From assembly GCF_037042905.1 (NCBI RefSeq), contig NC_087246.1:8370001-8434000 (forward strand): DNA of 64,000 nt, written 5' to 3'. The first letter of the stretch is position 1; each line of letters begins with the position of its first letter. A program made the position numbers and the translations under genes. Shown one piece after another: positions 46,850 through 60,213 of the stretch. The notes under the pieces were generated by a model. That model worked only from the letters and a program-made list of their open reading frames with translations, was not told where the DNA came from and did not search any database. Source of the DNA: Lytechinus pictus (lineage: Eukaryota).

Positions 46850-49080
46850 GCACATGTTGTGGAATGATTAACTCGTATTGTTTTCCTCATAATATCCATC
46901 AACTCTGTATTGCCCTACTCTCCCTCGTTGCGGGTATGCCGGATGTACACCCCATCTTTCTCTGCAATGTAAGTTAACCATATATAGCCACGAAAAGGGA
47001 TGATACCTATACCTAACATGTCGTTCTGGAGAAAGTTTCTTTGAAATACAAGGTGGCAAGCAGATGCGATGGTGATGCAACTGGAAAATACAGTAGGTCA
47101 CCTTCAAACAGTTTTGACATTTTCATGAAGAGGGCTCTAAATTAGAGGCAACACCGTCTTAAAAAGTCCACGTCACTGACGCAGTAGTCATGGATTTCCT
47201 CAGATGTGATGAACTCTTTGCCAGAGGACACCTCTCTATCTTACCAGACCAGAAACTCTTCTCTCTTCTTGGAGGACATCTCAGCTGGTTAATAATACTG
47301 GGCATCTGGAATGCACCCTCAGTAATTTGTGTTTGCTTCTAAAGAAGTGGGGGAAGAACCCATTCTTCCCTCAACCCCAAACATGACTGGGAGTCCAGAC
47401 AGTGGCATCACTAGAAACTTGGGGGAGTCGATAGATCTGGTTTGATTCATTGCTCCCTTCATGCTCATCATGCTCATGATTTTACCACTTGCCAAAATCA
47501 ACTTTGGGATAATACAAGTACTCTTGAAGAAAGACACCATCATAGCTCTTCTAGTTGTGAGCGATGAAGGAGGATCACTTAATGTCCTCATCATTGTTGG
47601 TTCATTTGCAAAAATTAAACTTTGTCTGGTGACTCTGGTCCTTGAAAAACAAATTGTTTTTCACCCGCTTTTCCATAGTTCTTGCAATTTCTCTCAAACG
47701 GTTGATCGGCACACAATTTACAAGCCTTTTGTGCCATGCTATATCTGAGAACATGTTTCCCCGTGTCCTGCATACACTCAAAGTCAAAGAATACAAACTT
47801 TGAGATCTTTCTAAATTTTGCTCTCTTTGCAGTTCTTCCTTGTCCATATTTGCTGCATTTTTTTCATCAATGGTTATGTGGTAGTAACATGGGTTTTCAC
47901 TCAGCATGTTGCACTTATGCACAGGATCTACAAACCTACAGAGTTTACATATAGTCTCCCCTTGATCCTGCTTTTTCAATATTTATTTTTGCTACAAAGT
48001 GTTTGGCACAGTTCTCATTACAAGTAGCGTTCACATATCTTCAATAGGTATCGCTCGTAACATGATTTATAATTTGAAGTTGCGATGCCAGCTGTCGTAT
48101 TTCACATGCTCTTCTTCAAATGCAGGGCCACATTTGATGCTATGGCACATCTTGCAGGTGTAGATGCAATTGTGGTCATATTTGCGGCTAATACCCACAG
48201 ACACTTTTTGCAAAAGTAGCATTTATCAAAGAATTGTCTCATGGACGTAGAGATTGTATGCTTCCTCTCTTCTGGGCCGGCATAAATGATAAAATTCAAA
48301 TGTTTCATAGATACAAGGACAGCACAATTCTTGCGCTCTGTACTTTCAAAGTTTTTTGTTTCTTTGATGCAGCAATTTGTATTCCTTGGTATCCCCATTT
48401 CCCTATACAAGTCCTCCACATATATACATGCTGCTCCTTATTTCCCTGGTACTGGCAGTTTGAATACCAGTATAGGTGTTTTTCTATTCGGCAGATGCCT
48501 GTCACAATCGCCCTCGGGTAGCACTTATTATCTTTTATTTCTCATAATGATAACACTTCTTTCTTGAGTGACTTTTCAGGAAGATCCTGATATTTTTTGG
48601 TGGGTCTCCTACCTCCTGGAAAAGCCATGTGAATTAAGTTGAATTCTACATTTTCATGTATGCTCATTTCTTCATGGGATTGGAACGTTGCTTCCAACTT
48701 TGATGCAAACACCTCATGATTTAACTGATCAAAACGGATAAATGGCAAGCTTACTGACCTGTTTAATTCAGGTGCATTAAATTCTAATCGCACAAAATCC
48801 CTATCTCTTTCTCCATGTAGCATCTCATCTAATATTAATCTAATCTACATTGCTTGTTAACATCTCAATTACCCTGGGCATCAATTTTTGGCCCATTTCT
48901 TTCTACAGGTTGAAAGGAAACTTGATAATCTGTTTCATTGGCATTGTATTTCCTAATATATTTATGACTTACTCTAGTTACATTATGCATAGTAAGTGTG
49001 GCTCCTCTGATGGGAAGTATTTCCAGGGTGTGATTCCTGGAAAATCCTCCAACTCCAATGTGGCTGGTGGATGGGCCTAT
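46850..49080 (-). pseudogene. fossil Polinton/Maverick (adintovirus-type) protein-primed DNA polymerase B
   Basis: Frameshifted pieces in the expected order: N-terminal 'DFVRLEFNAPELNRSVSLPF...LEATFQSHEEM', Cys-rich region, exonuclease 'FIAHN*KSYDG.F' (about 47550), 'IDS.KFLVMPLSGLPVMFG' and 'GFFPHFF' (about 47350-47430), then 'RVGQYRVDGY.EE' of the inserted nuclease-like domain (about 46900). Confidence 0.75.
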
Positions 49081-50081
49081 CAAACCCCCAAATCCACAAC
49101 TACCGAAACATCCCCACTAATTTTGTTTGTCTTTCCTTGTGAAAGTATAATGATATTAGATTGTTAATTAAGATTTATGGTTAATAGCCCCATCTGGCAA
49201 AAATCATTAACTGCAAAAAAAAGGCAGACTGGAGCTGTCTACATGTACATATAACAAATAATACAAATTAACAGAGGTATAAAAAATTTAACTTCATACT
49301 GGTCTAAAAGGACATCATTATGCTAGACATTGCATGTTTTAACACCATCAACACATACCATTAAGAACCTTGTAAAAGATTAAATTTCATCCTCTCCTGA
49401 TAGAGGAGGCAGGAGCATAATTTGCTTTCTAGACCTGACTTGTTCTTTTGTTTTGCAACACATCTGTACTTCAGCAATACCATACCAAAGCAATGTTCAC
49501 AATGAAAGTAGTATTTTGAGTTTGCACCATAGCATTCATGGTTAGCACTGAATTCTAATCTGTAAATTGATATGAGCATTGGGTGGTATTTATGCCTTTC
49601 ATGTTATTGGGATGATGCAGTATTACTGGCTAAGTTTTAATGGAATGCATTGTTAAGTGCTCTGGAAGTTTTGGGGAGGGTAATACTATACATGTACATG
49701 TTGGTCACTTTGTCATACACTTCACCCGACTTGGAATTATTTGGCTTCATGTAACAGCTACAGATGTATTGCTTCTTTTTGATGGATTCGATAAGAAAGC
49801 GTGTTCATCTCTTGAAGATTACTGTCTTGGTATTGGAAATATCAGATTCAGTTTTAAAAATATCATCTGGGTTTCACCTCTATACATGTATGTTTGTCAG
49901 TATTACAATCACTTTCTTCTTTGTCCTTCCTATTTGTGCATTCTGAAACTGGATCATCATTTTGAACTGGATCATGATTAGTGTACAAATAAATGTTTAT
50001 CTAGATAACTTTATAAATAAATGAAAGAAAAGAGAAAAACCTGCCTTCTGTCTTGCTAGATAATAAAGAAGAGAGAGAAAC

Positions 50082-50410
50082 CTAGGAGAGTGTGAGACAG
50101 AAACTGGCAATGCAAAAATTCAGAGTTGCCATGGTGGTTTCCTGCAAACTTTGAGTTTTATTTCTTTCATCCTCTGACAGGATCTCTCCTTTCAATCTTA
50201 GATCAATGATGTTAGCAAGGTAGTGTGCTGGTATCATCACTTTCTTGTGCCTGTTTCTATTCTTCCCAAGGGCTTCTTTTTCCGCTCTTAGCTTTTTGCC
50301 CATTTCCTTCCATATGTTCAATGCTCTCCCTATGCTGTAAGCATCTGTTTGTACCTGGTGATGAGCAGAAGCAATGGATGAAAGCCAAGCCAACAGTTCT
50401 TCAGTAGATC
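50082..50410 (-). pseudogene. hAT transposase remnant
   Basis: 'Q.D..SIG.A..IW' and 'PAHYLANIIDLRLKGE.L' resemble the P.H.LAN.LDPR.G block of hAT transposases. Confidence 0.5.
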
Positions 50411-53400
50411 CCTTCAGGGAAAGTTCAATTACTTTCCTTTCTAACCTTCAGGGGTGCTTTTGATGAAAATACTCCTGTTCAGACTACAGTAATCCAAGGC
50501 TAGCTATCCCATGAAAATATCTTAAAACATGTAAAAAGATTTTTTTTAAAGAAGATAAAAAAAACTCACCGAATTGAAGCTGAGATCTATGGCATCCATC
50601 AAATCCATAACTTTAATCTATAATGTACAGTAACGTGGACTCGTAAATGTGTCATGAATTTTTACTGTTTTTTTTTAGATTGTATATCTGCAATACTACA
50701 CAGGGTGCTACATAACTTTTTTGAAGCGCTTGCCCGGTCGGGCAAGAAAATTTCCAAATATTGAAAAAACACTTGCCCGAAAGTAAATTTCACTTGCCCG
50801 ACAAAAAAATCCTTTATAAAATCATTTTATATTAAAAAATTGGACACTAGAGGTCTATAGCTTCAATACACACAAACAACATGAAGACAGTTACATATTT
50901 CATTTTACAGATGAATAATCATTCTGTACTTTATTCGTGATGAAGCATAACGTTTTCTTTATGCATGATTTACCAACTGCAACATGGCATATGATATTGG
51001 AAATAAACATTTGCACTTTTGTAATTGACCCTGGCTCTTTGAATGTGATGTGATGATTGCACTACAAAAATATATGTCCTTACTCTAGTTTAAATTTGAT
51101 CATGATGTCAATCAATATCCAGATGATCTATTGAAAAAAAAAATGATGAAAATCCAAAGCATGAAGGTTTCATATGTTTTTAGTTTTGGGGCCGAAAAGG
51201 GAGTTTAGTCTGCCAATTTTTAACCATTTAATAATGCAAAACTTTCTTTAAGACTAGTTGAATAAGAAAACAAGATTAAAATGAGATTCAAACTTAGAAA
51301 ATATGAATAAAAGAAAGAACCAAACAAAACAAACATTTTTATATGTTCAGGTAGATATTTCAACTTTGTCAATATAGAAGTCAATGCTAAAAACAGAGAA
51401 ATTATGATTGGCCCTGGTTAGCAAGTAGAAAATTAAGCTTGAAAGCCCAAGGGGTACGATATGCATATCCTTTAAAAAAAAACCAAAACGGTTTAACACA
51501 ATGGTTATCAACAGGTCAGGACTCTCATGCTATTATGGAATCTTTAACAGGGATATCCCTAAGGAATAGGGTTAGAAGATGTCATCTTGAGCATCTAAGT
51601 CATGACCTGTTGATAGCCATTGTGATATGGGGAGGCTGAGATGAGCAACAACTTTTTAAAATTGAATAAAAATGAAAATACATGTATGGCATAATGTATG
51701 AAACCAGTGGATGAAGACAAACAAACAATAGTAACGCTGTAACTGGAGTCAGTTCAATTAAGCTTGGTTCAAATTCAAGGCTTCAATCCTTGAGGCATCA
51801 TGTCAGTTAATGATCATCATCGTCAGCTCTGGTGGCTGAGGCAGATGTGGAGACTGTAGTACGTCTTGATGTTGACAACCACCACTTTTCAACAGCTCTC
51901 GATGGATCGTATTGGGCTGTTGATGGGCCATGCATGGATATGCACATCAGTTTGTGAAGCATGTCTACAGACAACCGTGACCTCCAGTCAGTCTTTGTAC
52001 GCTTCAAGAGGGAAAATCCCCTCTCACAGGCTGCTGTAGGGGCAGCAAGAGTATGATCTCAATCACACCCATCACGTTTGGACATTCCTCCATGAGGTCC
52101 TCATCGCTGAAGGCCTGCTTCCATACCTTGGAACGGCGAGTGTGTGACATTCTACTAATATGTGTCTTTAGCACTGCCCACTCATGATGAATTCTGTTGA
52201 TGTTTGTAGGTTCCATAGCATCCCTGAAGTGGTCAATGACGACATCCACAGCAGCATTTCCATAGGCGCCTAGGGTCTCCTCGGTTGGCCATCTAGTAAC
52301 ATCGATGATATCACATGCTGCAAGTATTAGATCTGACTGCATGCTTTCGAAGCGCTTGTATAGATGTTCAGCTATGTCATCCAGTATGGTTGATCTATTG
52401 GCAAAAAAATGAAAGCAAAAAACTTGTAAGATGTGAGCTTTGAAGGTTTGTAAATTGTAAGAATTACTAATAGATGGGCAGACTGACAAATAATCTTTGT
52501 CACCTCATTATAGTTTTTAAAGTCTTCTATTTCCTAAGGTAGTACTTGAAGAAAATCAATGACGTGGACTAACAAGTAATTGAAATATATGTTAGATATC
52601 ATTTTTAGAAGTTCATATTTTCCCTTCAATGTGAAAATATTATTTGTGCATGTATATTATGATGTATGATTATGATTTACTGGATTTAAGCCATTGGACA
52701 ATCACATAAAAAAATTAAATAGAGGAAGGTGAAATACCTTAGTGCATTGAGAGATGTGATAGCATCATCATGAAGAGGTTCCATGTCGACACCCTTGTAC
52801 TGTCCTGAGCTAACTTCCTCCACAAAGGCTCCTTCTGCCTCACCGACTGTAGACTTGAGTCCCATGAGTCTAAGGTCACAAGTTTTTAGAGCATTAACCC
52901 CTCCTGCAACAGTGAGTACATCCTCCTGAAGTCTGAGACTAAGTCTGTTCATAAAAAATAAAAAAAATAACTTATTAAAGATGTTAAAACGTTTTACATG
53001 AAACGTTGAAATGAAATTAATGTGTGATAAATATGTGTTTACGATCAGTCCTGTGTAAATTCCATGAAATAAATTGATGTTCTTCTAGAATGATAGATCT
53101 GTAAAATTTAATCTTTATTATGCAGGCCTTTTATCAGGCTTGCCTTTCACAGCAAAACATTGTTCTTAAGTCTGCAGTAAACTGTAAATTATGCATTCAT
53201 AGGGCCTCCTGTACATGCTACTTACCTACTAAGGATGTCTAATACATCCATGATAAAGCAGGAGAACCTCACGATCCTATGATCTTTCAGGATTCGCAAG
53301 GACTTTCTGGCTCGGCCTTGCATCTCAGCACTTCCAGCTCGCTGCTCTACCATATTTTCCCTATGTGCTGAGATTGCCTCGAAGCTTTCCATCAAAGCCC

Positions 53401-55237
53401 GGAGAGCAGCTTTGATATGTGGCAGCCACCTGGTTCCCTGGACATTACCAGGTCTCAGCAGCCTAGTCTCCATTACCTCTGCCACTCTTTGCAGATCTCT
53501 CCAAGATTTTGGTGACGCTTTGTAGGTTTTAAACATCCCTTGTAGCATGTCAGTGATGCGCTGCATCTCATGATGTTGTTTGATTACATCCATTACTCCC
53601 AACTCCAAACGATGGGCCATGCAGTGGATGTTGTAGAGCCAGGGAACCTTTTCTCTCATCAAGGTTGCCAATCCTCTCTCACGTCCAATCATAACTGCTG
53701 CACCGTCTGTTCCAAGAGCAACGATGGAAGACTGCCAGTTGTCAAAACTGATAGCTTCCAGTGCTGCACAAATAAAAATGAATTAATGATTTAGATTGAA
53801 TCAAAAGAGGTAGTCATTCCAATTTAGTAATGTCATAGAAATTCCCATCTGTCTCAAAGTGAAACAAATTATGTTAATACTAACTCAAATATTATGTATA
53901 ATCATCAAGTGTTTAGATGTGAATTAACAATAATCTCTTATGATTCTCAAGTACAGTATTCAAAATTAAATCACATCAAAATTGCAAATCACATGATATT
54001 TTTCAATGCCTACTCATGAGGATGAAAAATAAGTTGGAAGTGTTTTAGTTAAGGATGGATATTATATAAACTTATTGAAATGAGTTCTGAATTGAAAATT
54101 AAATTAGTGATAAAAGTTATGCATACACACCAAGTTTAATTGCATTGAAATGACCAGGGGCATTAGCATGTTCCAATTCTTGTAGGCCAATGAGGACGTT
54201 CACTGGCACACCATTCTTCAGGTATCTAGCATACATCAGCTCAAGGTCCCGATTGCTGGAGTCTGTACTGCTATCAACAAGGATACTAGTGTGTTTGGCA
54301 CTTCGGACTTCATGAAAAATGGGTTCCATGATATCATTGTAGATGAAATCCACAAATCTACACAAGACAGGAAAGAGAAAAATTTACAAAATGGTGATGA
54401 AGATTACTTAGTCACATGTTTAATATTTAATGAGATCTTTTATTCCGAATTTCAACAATTAAGTTTACTTTGTATATTTTTGTGAAGTTCATCACTTTGT
54501 CATTGTTCGAATGGGATGAAATGAAATTAATGAGACAGAAAGAAGACAATTCGAGAAAGAAACAAGTTAAAGAAAAATAAAGAAATGAGGCAAGCAAAAT
54601 AAAAATAGATGAAGACAATTGAAAGAGAAGGGAAAACAAAGATAGGAAGAAAGAGAAAACACAAAAATAGAAAGTTGAGAAAAGACAGGGGGGAGAAAAA
54701 ATTAAAAATGAGGAAAAGAAAAATTAGGCCTAACTTTTGTTCTACATAGTAAAGAAAAAGAAAAACGGAGAAAGGAAAGAGGAACAAGAAAAGAGATTTT
54801 AAAAACAGGGAAGGAAGGTGACAGTCGTGTACTGAAAATATTATTTTGAGAAGTGGAATTGCTGTTATCTTCATTTTCATAGATTAATGATGCATTGGGC
54901 TCAGTTTTGAAAATGAAATAAAAGTTTTGATACTTCGTACGAAGCCTACTCCGTGCACCCTTTTCCGAGCCCAGTGCCAACGCCAATAAATCAGCGGCGG
55001 CCGGCCGGACCCCGTACCACGGCTGTGCGAGAGGCCTAACGACACATGTAAGTTAGGGGCAGAGCCAGGATCGGTGGTAGATGAAGCCGACTCCGTATAA
55101 AATGACAGGCGAGTCATAAATTTTTATTACCATCAATTGCATTCCAAAATTGTGAGGACAGTAGTAGTACTCAATCGTTAATTGAACCGATAACGTGATA
55201 AGGGTGTCAAAAACACAAAAATATTGAAAAAAGGGTA

Positions 55238-56935
55238 GGGGAGACCGGGATTAGTTGGAACATGGGGTAAGTTGAAACATTGTAATTTTCTTTAACGTCT
55301 TTAAATAAATTTCTGCAATACTGCCCTCAATTTATTGTCATTATCAACAGCCATCCACCATATTACAGACAGCACCTGTGCAACAAGCCTGGTGAAGTTA
55401 ATAAGGAATTTTTGTTTTTTGACCTTCTGAGTAATTTTTTTCTCTTTCAGAAATGTTTGATTATCTCAGAGAAGTTTATAGATCAAGTTGGCTAGTTTGG
55501 GGGTATAATAGACACTTATACCAAGCTACAAAATGAGGTTATTAATATGCCATGGTGAAGTCCCTTTTTTGTGCTGTAAGCTTATAAACGTCAAATGGGC
55601 CTCCGGGGTTAGTTGGAACAAAATTGAAGGGGCTAGTTGGAACATGTTCCAACTTACCCCAAACATAATTATGAATAAAAACATTGGATATGAGAAAAAA
55701 ATATATAAAGTATTTCACACTCTTCTGAACATGTATTGTATACCATGCTTGTTTTGTTTATCAGTTAGGTCTGAGTGTGCATTTAAGGCCTATTGTAGGC
55801 CCCTAATGCAATATTAACCCTTATCAAACTGGAGGGGGGGGTCAATTTGAGCCCCCCCTCAAGAAATGTCGTCACTACGCCGTCGCGCGATTTTTTTTTT
55901 ACTACACTGCTCGCTGACTTTTTACTTTCAAGTCTTGCGCATCATTTGAGACCAAATTTGCGATGCCTGTGTGCGCGATTTCGAAATTACGCAACATTTT
56001 GTATGTGCATGTTCGGACCCAAAATTGCTCAAAAACGTGATTCCATGTACATTACAAGGTCAATGCAAATTGTGTTTTTCAACCAAAAGTCATAAATGTA
56101 TGATTATTTTTTTACTTTAGTTGGTTCAAATAGATTTATTTTATGCTATTCATGATCGCAAAAGAGTCCCGACAAAGTTCATCGGAAAAACAAAGGTTCG
56201 AAAAAAAAAAATACAAATAAAAAATTTAAAAAATACATAAATTTTATTTTTTGCAATTTTTGGTGGAAATTTGTAATAAATGTGAAAATTGATACTCCCA
56301 CCAAAAATTAGCATTCTACTAGCTTAATAAATAGAGTTAAAGGCAAAAACATACAAAAAACAACAAATTTAGGGCAAATTTCATATGCTTATTTGCATAA
56401 GTAATTAATGAAAAAAATATAAACAATTAATTTTTGTCCTACAAATTTGATGCAGAAGTACATGAAATTGCTGAAAGTACACTTAATTGCATGTAAAATC
56501 AAACGCACCCAAATATGCGGAATTCTACTACACAGTCAGCTTGCGTGAGTGGCTGTATAATAGAAAACATAAAGTTCAACAAATCCACACTTAAAAATTT
56601 TGAACTTGAATAAAATAAAGCAAATAGGCTAAAACCATGTAATATTACAGTTTTAAGTAGTTTTAGTATAATTCTTAATTGACCATGCAGTGTTCCAACT
56701 TACCCCATACCATGTTCCAACTTACCCCGTATTGGGGTAAGTTGGAACGTTTGCGATGGTCTTGTTCAAGGTGGATTTTTTCAGTAACCATAATAGAGTT
56801 AAACATTTTATGGGGTACATTTGAAGCCCTTAGATATATACTTCAAGCTGATATATTGATTGTTTCTCGAATAAAATCTATTTGGATTTTACAGCCATTT
56901 TTGTCAAAAATGTTCCAACTAACCCCGGTCTCCCC
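55238..56935. mobile_element. Tc1/mariner/pogo-type non-autonomous element
   Basis: TIRs GGGGAGACCGGG.TTAGTTGGAACA / TGTTCCAACTAACCCCGGTCTCCCC; TA TSD; internal GTTGGAAC repeats. Confidence 0.85.
55818..56440. mobile_element. piggyBac-like MITE fragment
   Basis: TTAA|CCCTTATC terminus followed by a ggggggg...ccccccc hairpin; right end not found. Confidence 0.5.
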
Positions 56936-58479
56936 TATCTATTTCGCTAGGAAAGTGACGTGTTTAGGGTCAAATTTGCGGGGATGATAAAACAAAATTA
57001 AAATGTTTTATAAAGGATGTCCTTTTTGTCCCAACACTACGTGTTTAGAGTCCGATTTGCGCGAGGTGTGGAAGGTGGGGCCGTACTCAACCAAAATGTA
57101 TAAAGGTAAAACCGACGGACCCGTGCATGACAACAATAAAATATTCCTCTATTTGTTTAGGGGTTCATTTACTTGCCAAGAGTATCGTTTTGTTTCCAAT
57201 ACTTGTTAAGAGGTTCTTTTTCAGAATATGGAAAATACGTGTTTAGGGTGCTTTTCGAGACCCCATGGTCGCGCATGGTATCCACTCGTCAATGGAAGCG
57301 GCCCCCCCCCCCGGGAAATTTACGTGTATTCACTTTCAACCAGCTAGTTAGCCATTCCACACGTCAATTTACGTTTGTTATATTTATAAATTATAATGCA
57401 CAACGCCATTATTACGTCAATCACCGAGCGCGAGACGTAGTACCAGCGTGCACTGCGCACAGCCCTGGAAAACGTGACGTCATCGTCATTGAGGCTGATC
57501 TTCACACTTCGCTGCTTTTGCATGTGTGATTTCTTTTATTTTTTCTTTCCCCGTAAAAAGCTACTGTACTGGTGATTGATACAACAAACGAATAAACACA
57601 GTGTACGAGCCTACATAGGCCTTGAGCTTTCTCTCAAAACTCTTGTAATAATGAGCCAATGTTTATGACAGTCAAGTTTTAATTAAATTACAATTTTAAT
57701 TTTTGAGTCAATAATTTGATAATTAAAAAAAAAATCTTACCTCCGACATGCGTTGTCACTACTATACATTGATCCCAAGCTCAGACCGTTCTTAATCTGC
57801 AGCTCCACGATGCTTGGAAAAGTGCGGAAAGAAAGTTCCTCTTTCACGATGAAGTAGGCAGTGCTCATGAGTCTATTCATTTGCTCAAAGCGATGTTTCT
57901 CCATCCTCCGCGCTACGCCAAGTAGAGTTGATGGTACATCTTTGGCGGCAAGATCATCAATTTTTTTTTGCTTCCTTCGATCTTTGGTGGGCCTTGCTTT
58001 TAGAGTGCGATTGTAGCATTTGCTTCCTAAATGTGGCAGTTCCCTCAAGAAATGGGTTTTTATCACCACTTAAATCGTACTTGCGACACCACATACACCA
58101 CATGCTATTTGTCTCCTCACAGTATTCAACCCATTCAAAGTCATTTTTCCACTTTACTTGGAATTGTCTTGCCCTTTTTCCCTCATATTTCCTTTTATTC
58201 TTTGATTGGGATGGAGGTTCAGTCTCAGACTCCTCAGGTTCGAGTCGATTCCCTGCCGACTTTGGTGGGAAAAAATCCCACAAACGATTTTGGCCACTCA
58301 TATTCACAATTCAACATATGCAACAAAATGCAAAACAACAACTTTCATCAACTGATTCTAAACGGCAAGTTAGAAAACTAAGCCAAGAAGCCCATCCCAA
58401 ACTTGCCTTTCTTCTGATAAGAGTGCGTTGTTTTCAATTTACACCAGTACTAGTCTTTCTTCTAATACACTGCAAAAAC

Positions 58480-59000
58480 CAGGGTGTTAGATTCAACACC
58501 ATAGGTGTTAATATTAACACCATCCCGGTATCTATATCGGAAAACACCAGTTGGTGTTATAGAACACCAAGGACTGGAATTGAATATCTTAATTCTACTC
58601 TTGGCGTTGTAATCCAATTCTATTTTTGGTGTTAATATATAATCCAACACCATTTTTTGGTGTTACAATGAATCTGATTTCTGGTGTTATTTAACACCAA
58701 GGTCTGGAATCAAATGATTTTAATTCTATTCTTGGTGTTGGAATTCAATTCTATTTTTGGTGTTTGTGCAAAATCCAACACCCGTGTTCGGTGTTACAAT
58801 GATTCCTAATTTTGGTGTTATTTTACACCAAGTATAGAATCAAATAGTATAATTCTTCTCTTGGTGTTGCAATCCAATTCTATTTATGGTGTTATATTAC
58901 ACTAAAGATCTGGAATTAAATATTTCAATTCTACTCTTGGTATTGCAATTCAATGCTAGTCTTAGTGTTTAAAAAAACTCAAGACACCATTCTTTCAACA
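58480..59000. repeat. CACTA subterminal repeats, about 130-bp period
   Basis: 'acaccaag...gaat' units at about 58563, 58693, 58825 and a partial unit at about 58898; many inverted AACACC/GGTGTT pairs. Confidence 0.85.
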
Positions 59001-59651
59001 CCAACAATTCAATTTAGCTCACTCATTCATAACACATGCACAGAAAATATTCAAATACACACAATAAGTTAAAAGAAACAAACACTTGGTGCTTATTTAT
59101 TCAATAAATTAAACAACTTGTTCTCATTCATGTTGAATTCAATGATGCTTATAGCGTTTTTATCTTGTATGTCTCAACATTAAATCGTTTTGTCATATAT
59201 TCAAAATCTGTGACTCATTTGTCTGAATACAACAAAACACACTATCTTTTTTAATCATTCAAAATTTGTTCAAAATATGAATGCACCCTTATAAGTAGAA
59301 AAAGATGAAAAAATAAGGCTTGAGGATGAATCAAGTAACTAAACTCTTTTAAAACATTTAAAAATGTTATTATTCCTTTCAAGGAATGAAAAATCAAAGT
59401 ACTTTCTAATAAATAGAAACTAAACAGGATGCAAAATGCATGTATAACTGAAGACAAAACAAATAAAATGTAAATTGCTTCTACATCAGAGTGAATTATG
59501 TAGCTAATGAGAATTTTGACACGTTTCACCTTGAATCCTATTACATGCTTGCTGAAGGAAAATATTACAGAATCTTTTTCATATGAAATATAAAGAGTGC
59601 CCCCCCCCCGCGCCAAAACACACAAAAAAATCCTTGGACACTGCCATCAAA

Positions 59652-60213
59652 AAAGGGAAAGTCCACACATGATATTTTACTATTTCAATACACAGAAAAT
59701 ACTTTTAGCAGCACGTTAAAAAAGGAATCATCAAAATTGGTTAAGGAATAAGGAAACTTTAGTCATTTCATTATCTTGTAAATCACTATCCGCTCTGCAA
59801 ATTGGCAACACTTGATGGCATTATGTATGATCAGCTCTCCATTCATATTGTACACAAAATTTCACATAATCTCATTTTTCTCCAAAGTTAATATGAATTT
59901 TATACCCTCGGTCAATGTATATTATATGGAAAGCCATTTTCCTCAACATACCTCGTCCAAAGGTTATAAAGAATAGGTAAATTTTTAGATAAATACGAAA
60001 ATGTAACATTCCATGTACAAAGGTATGGAGAGCTGATCGCATATGACGCCATCAAGTGTTGCCAATTTGCAGAGCAAATGTAGATTTTCAATAAAATCTA
60101 AATGACTGTAATTTCTTTATTCCTTGATCGATTTCGATCATTCTTTTTTTTTTTATATGTTCAAATTATTCTTTCATTGAAATATGAATACATGTAGGGT
60201 GGACTTCCCCTTT
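59652..60213. mobile_element. Kolobok-like foldback MITE inside the CACTA element
   Basis: AAAGGGAAAGTCCAC ... GTGGACTTCCCCTTT ends; internal inverted pair ctctgcaaattggcaacacttgatggc (59793) / gccatcaagtgttgccaatttgcagag (60048). Confidence 0.65.

Larger units (their letters stand above)
55185..57315. mobile_element. second (left-truncated) copy of the 34534-37161 family, inside hAT intron 1
   Basis: Colinear match 'taagggtgt.aaaaacac...aaaaaagggta|tctattt.cgctaggaa...accccatggtcgcgcatggtatccactcgtcaatggaag.ggccccc'. Confidence 0.8.
51807..58301 (-). pseudogene. intron-containing ZNF862-like hAT transposase (TTF zinc finger, DDE core, hATC dimerisation domain), two frameshifts
   Basis: Exons 58301-57741, 54357-54131, 53763-53226, 52944-52738, 52394-51807 with consistent phases. 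Motifs 'W...FEWV...MWCMWC...H..SKAH', 'LVDSSTD', 'GTDGAAVMIG', 'HCMAHRLEL', 'GTRW', 'CERGFS', 'KTDWRSRL'. Frameshifts at the A9 run (57961-57969) and near 52040. Confidence 0.88.
50701..58467 (-). mobile_element. hAT DNA transposon (ZNF862-like transposase); only one terminus in the window
   Basis: Terminus CAGGGTGCTACATAAC at 50701 with CTTGCCCG subterminal repeats (50728-50800). The other end is presumably displaced beyond the CACTA insertion at 58468. Confidence 0.7.

Noticed and set aside
54427-54986. Hydrophobic Phe/Leu-rich ORFs resembling membrane proteins
   Set aside because: Products of a purine-rich low-complexity intron tract.
54950-55120. GC-rich island (ggcggccggccggacccc...) considered as an HDV-like ribozyme or ncRNA
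   Set aside because: I could not build the nested double-pseudoknot pairing by eye; more likely a repeat fragment. An Infernal/Rfam scan would settle it.
57928-58635. 235-aa plus-strand ORF
   Set aside because: Antisense to the hAT exon and runs across the CACTA junction; no recognisable motifs.
58480-59000. Regularly spaced repeats resembling a CRISPR array
   Set aside because: Eukaryotic context, the intervening sequence is itself repeated, and the array abuts a CACTG terminus; these are CACTA subterminal repeats.
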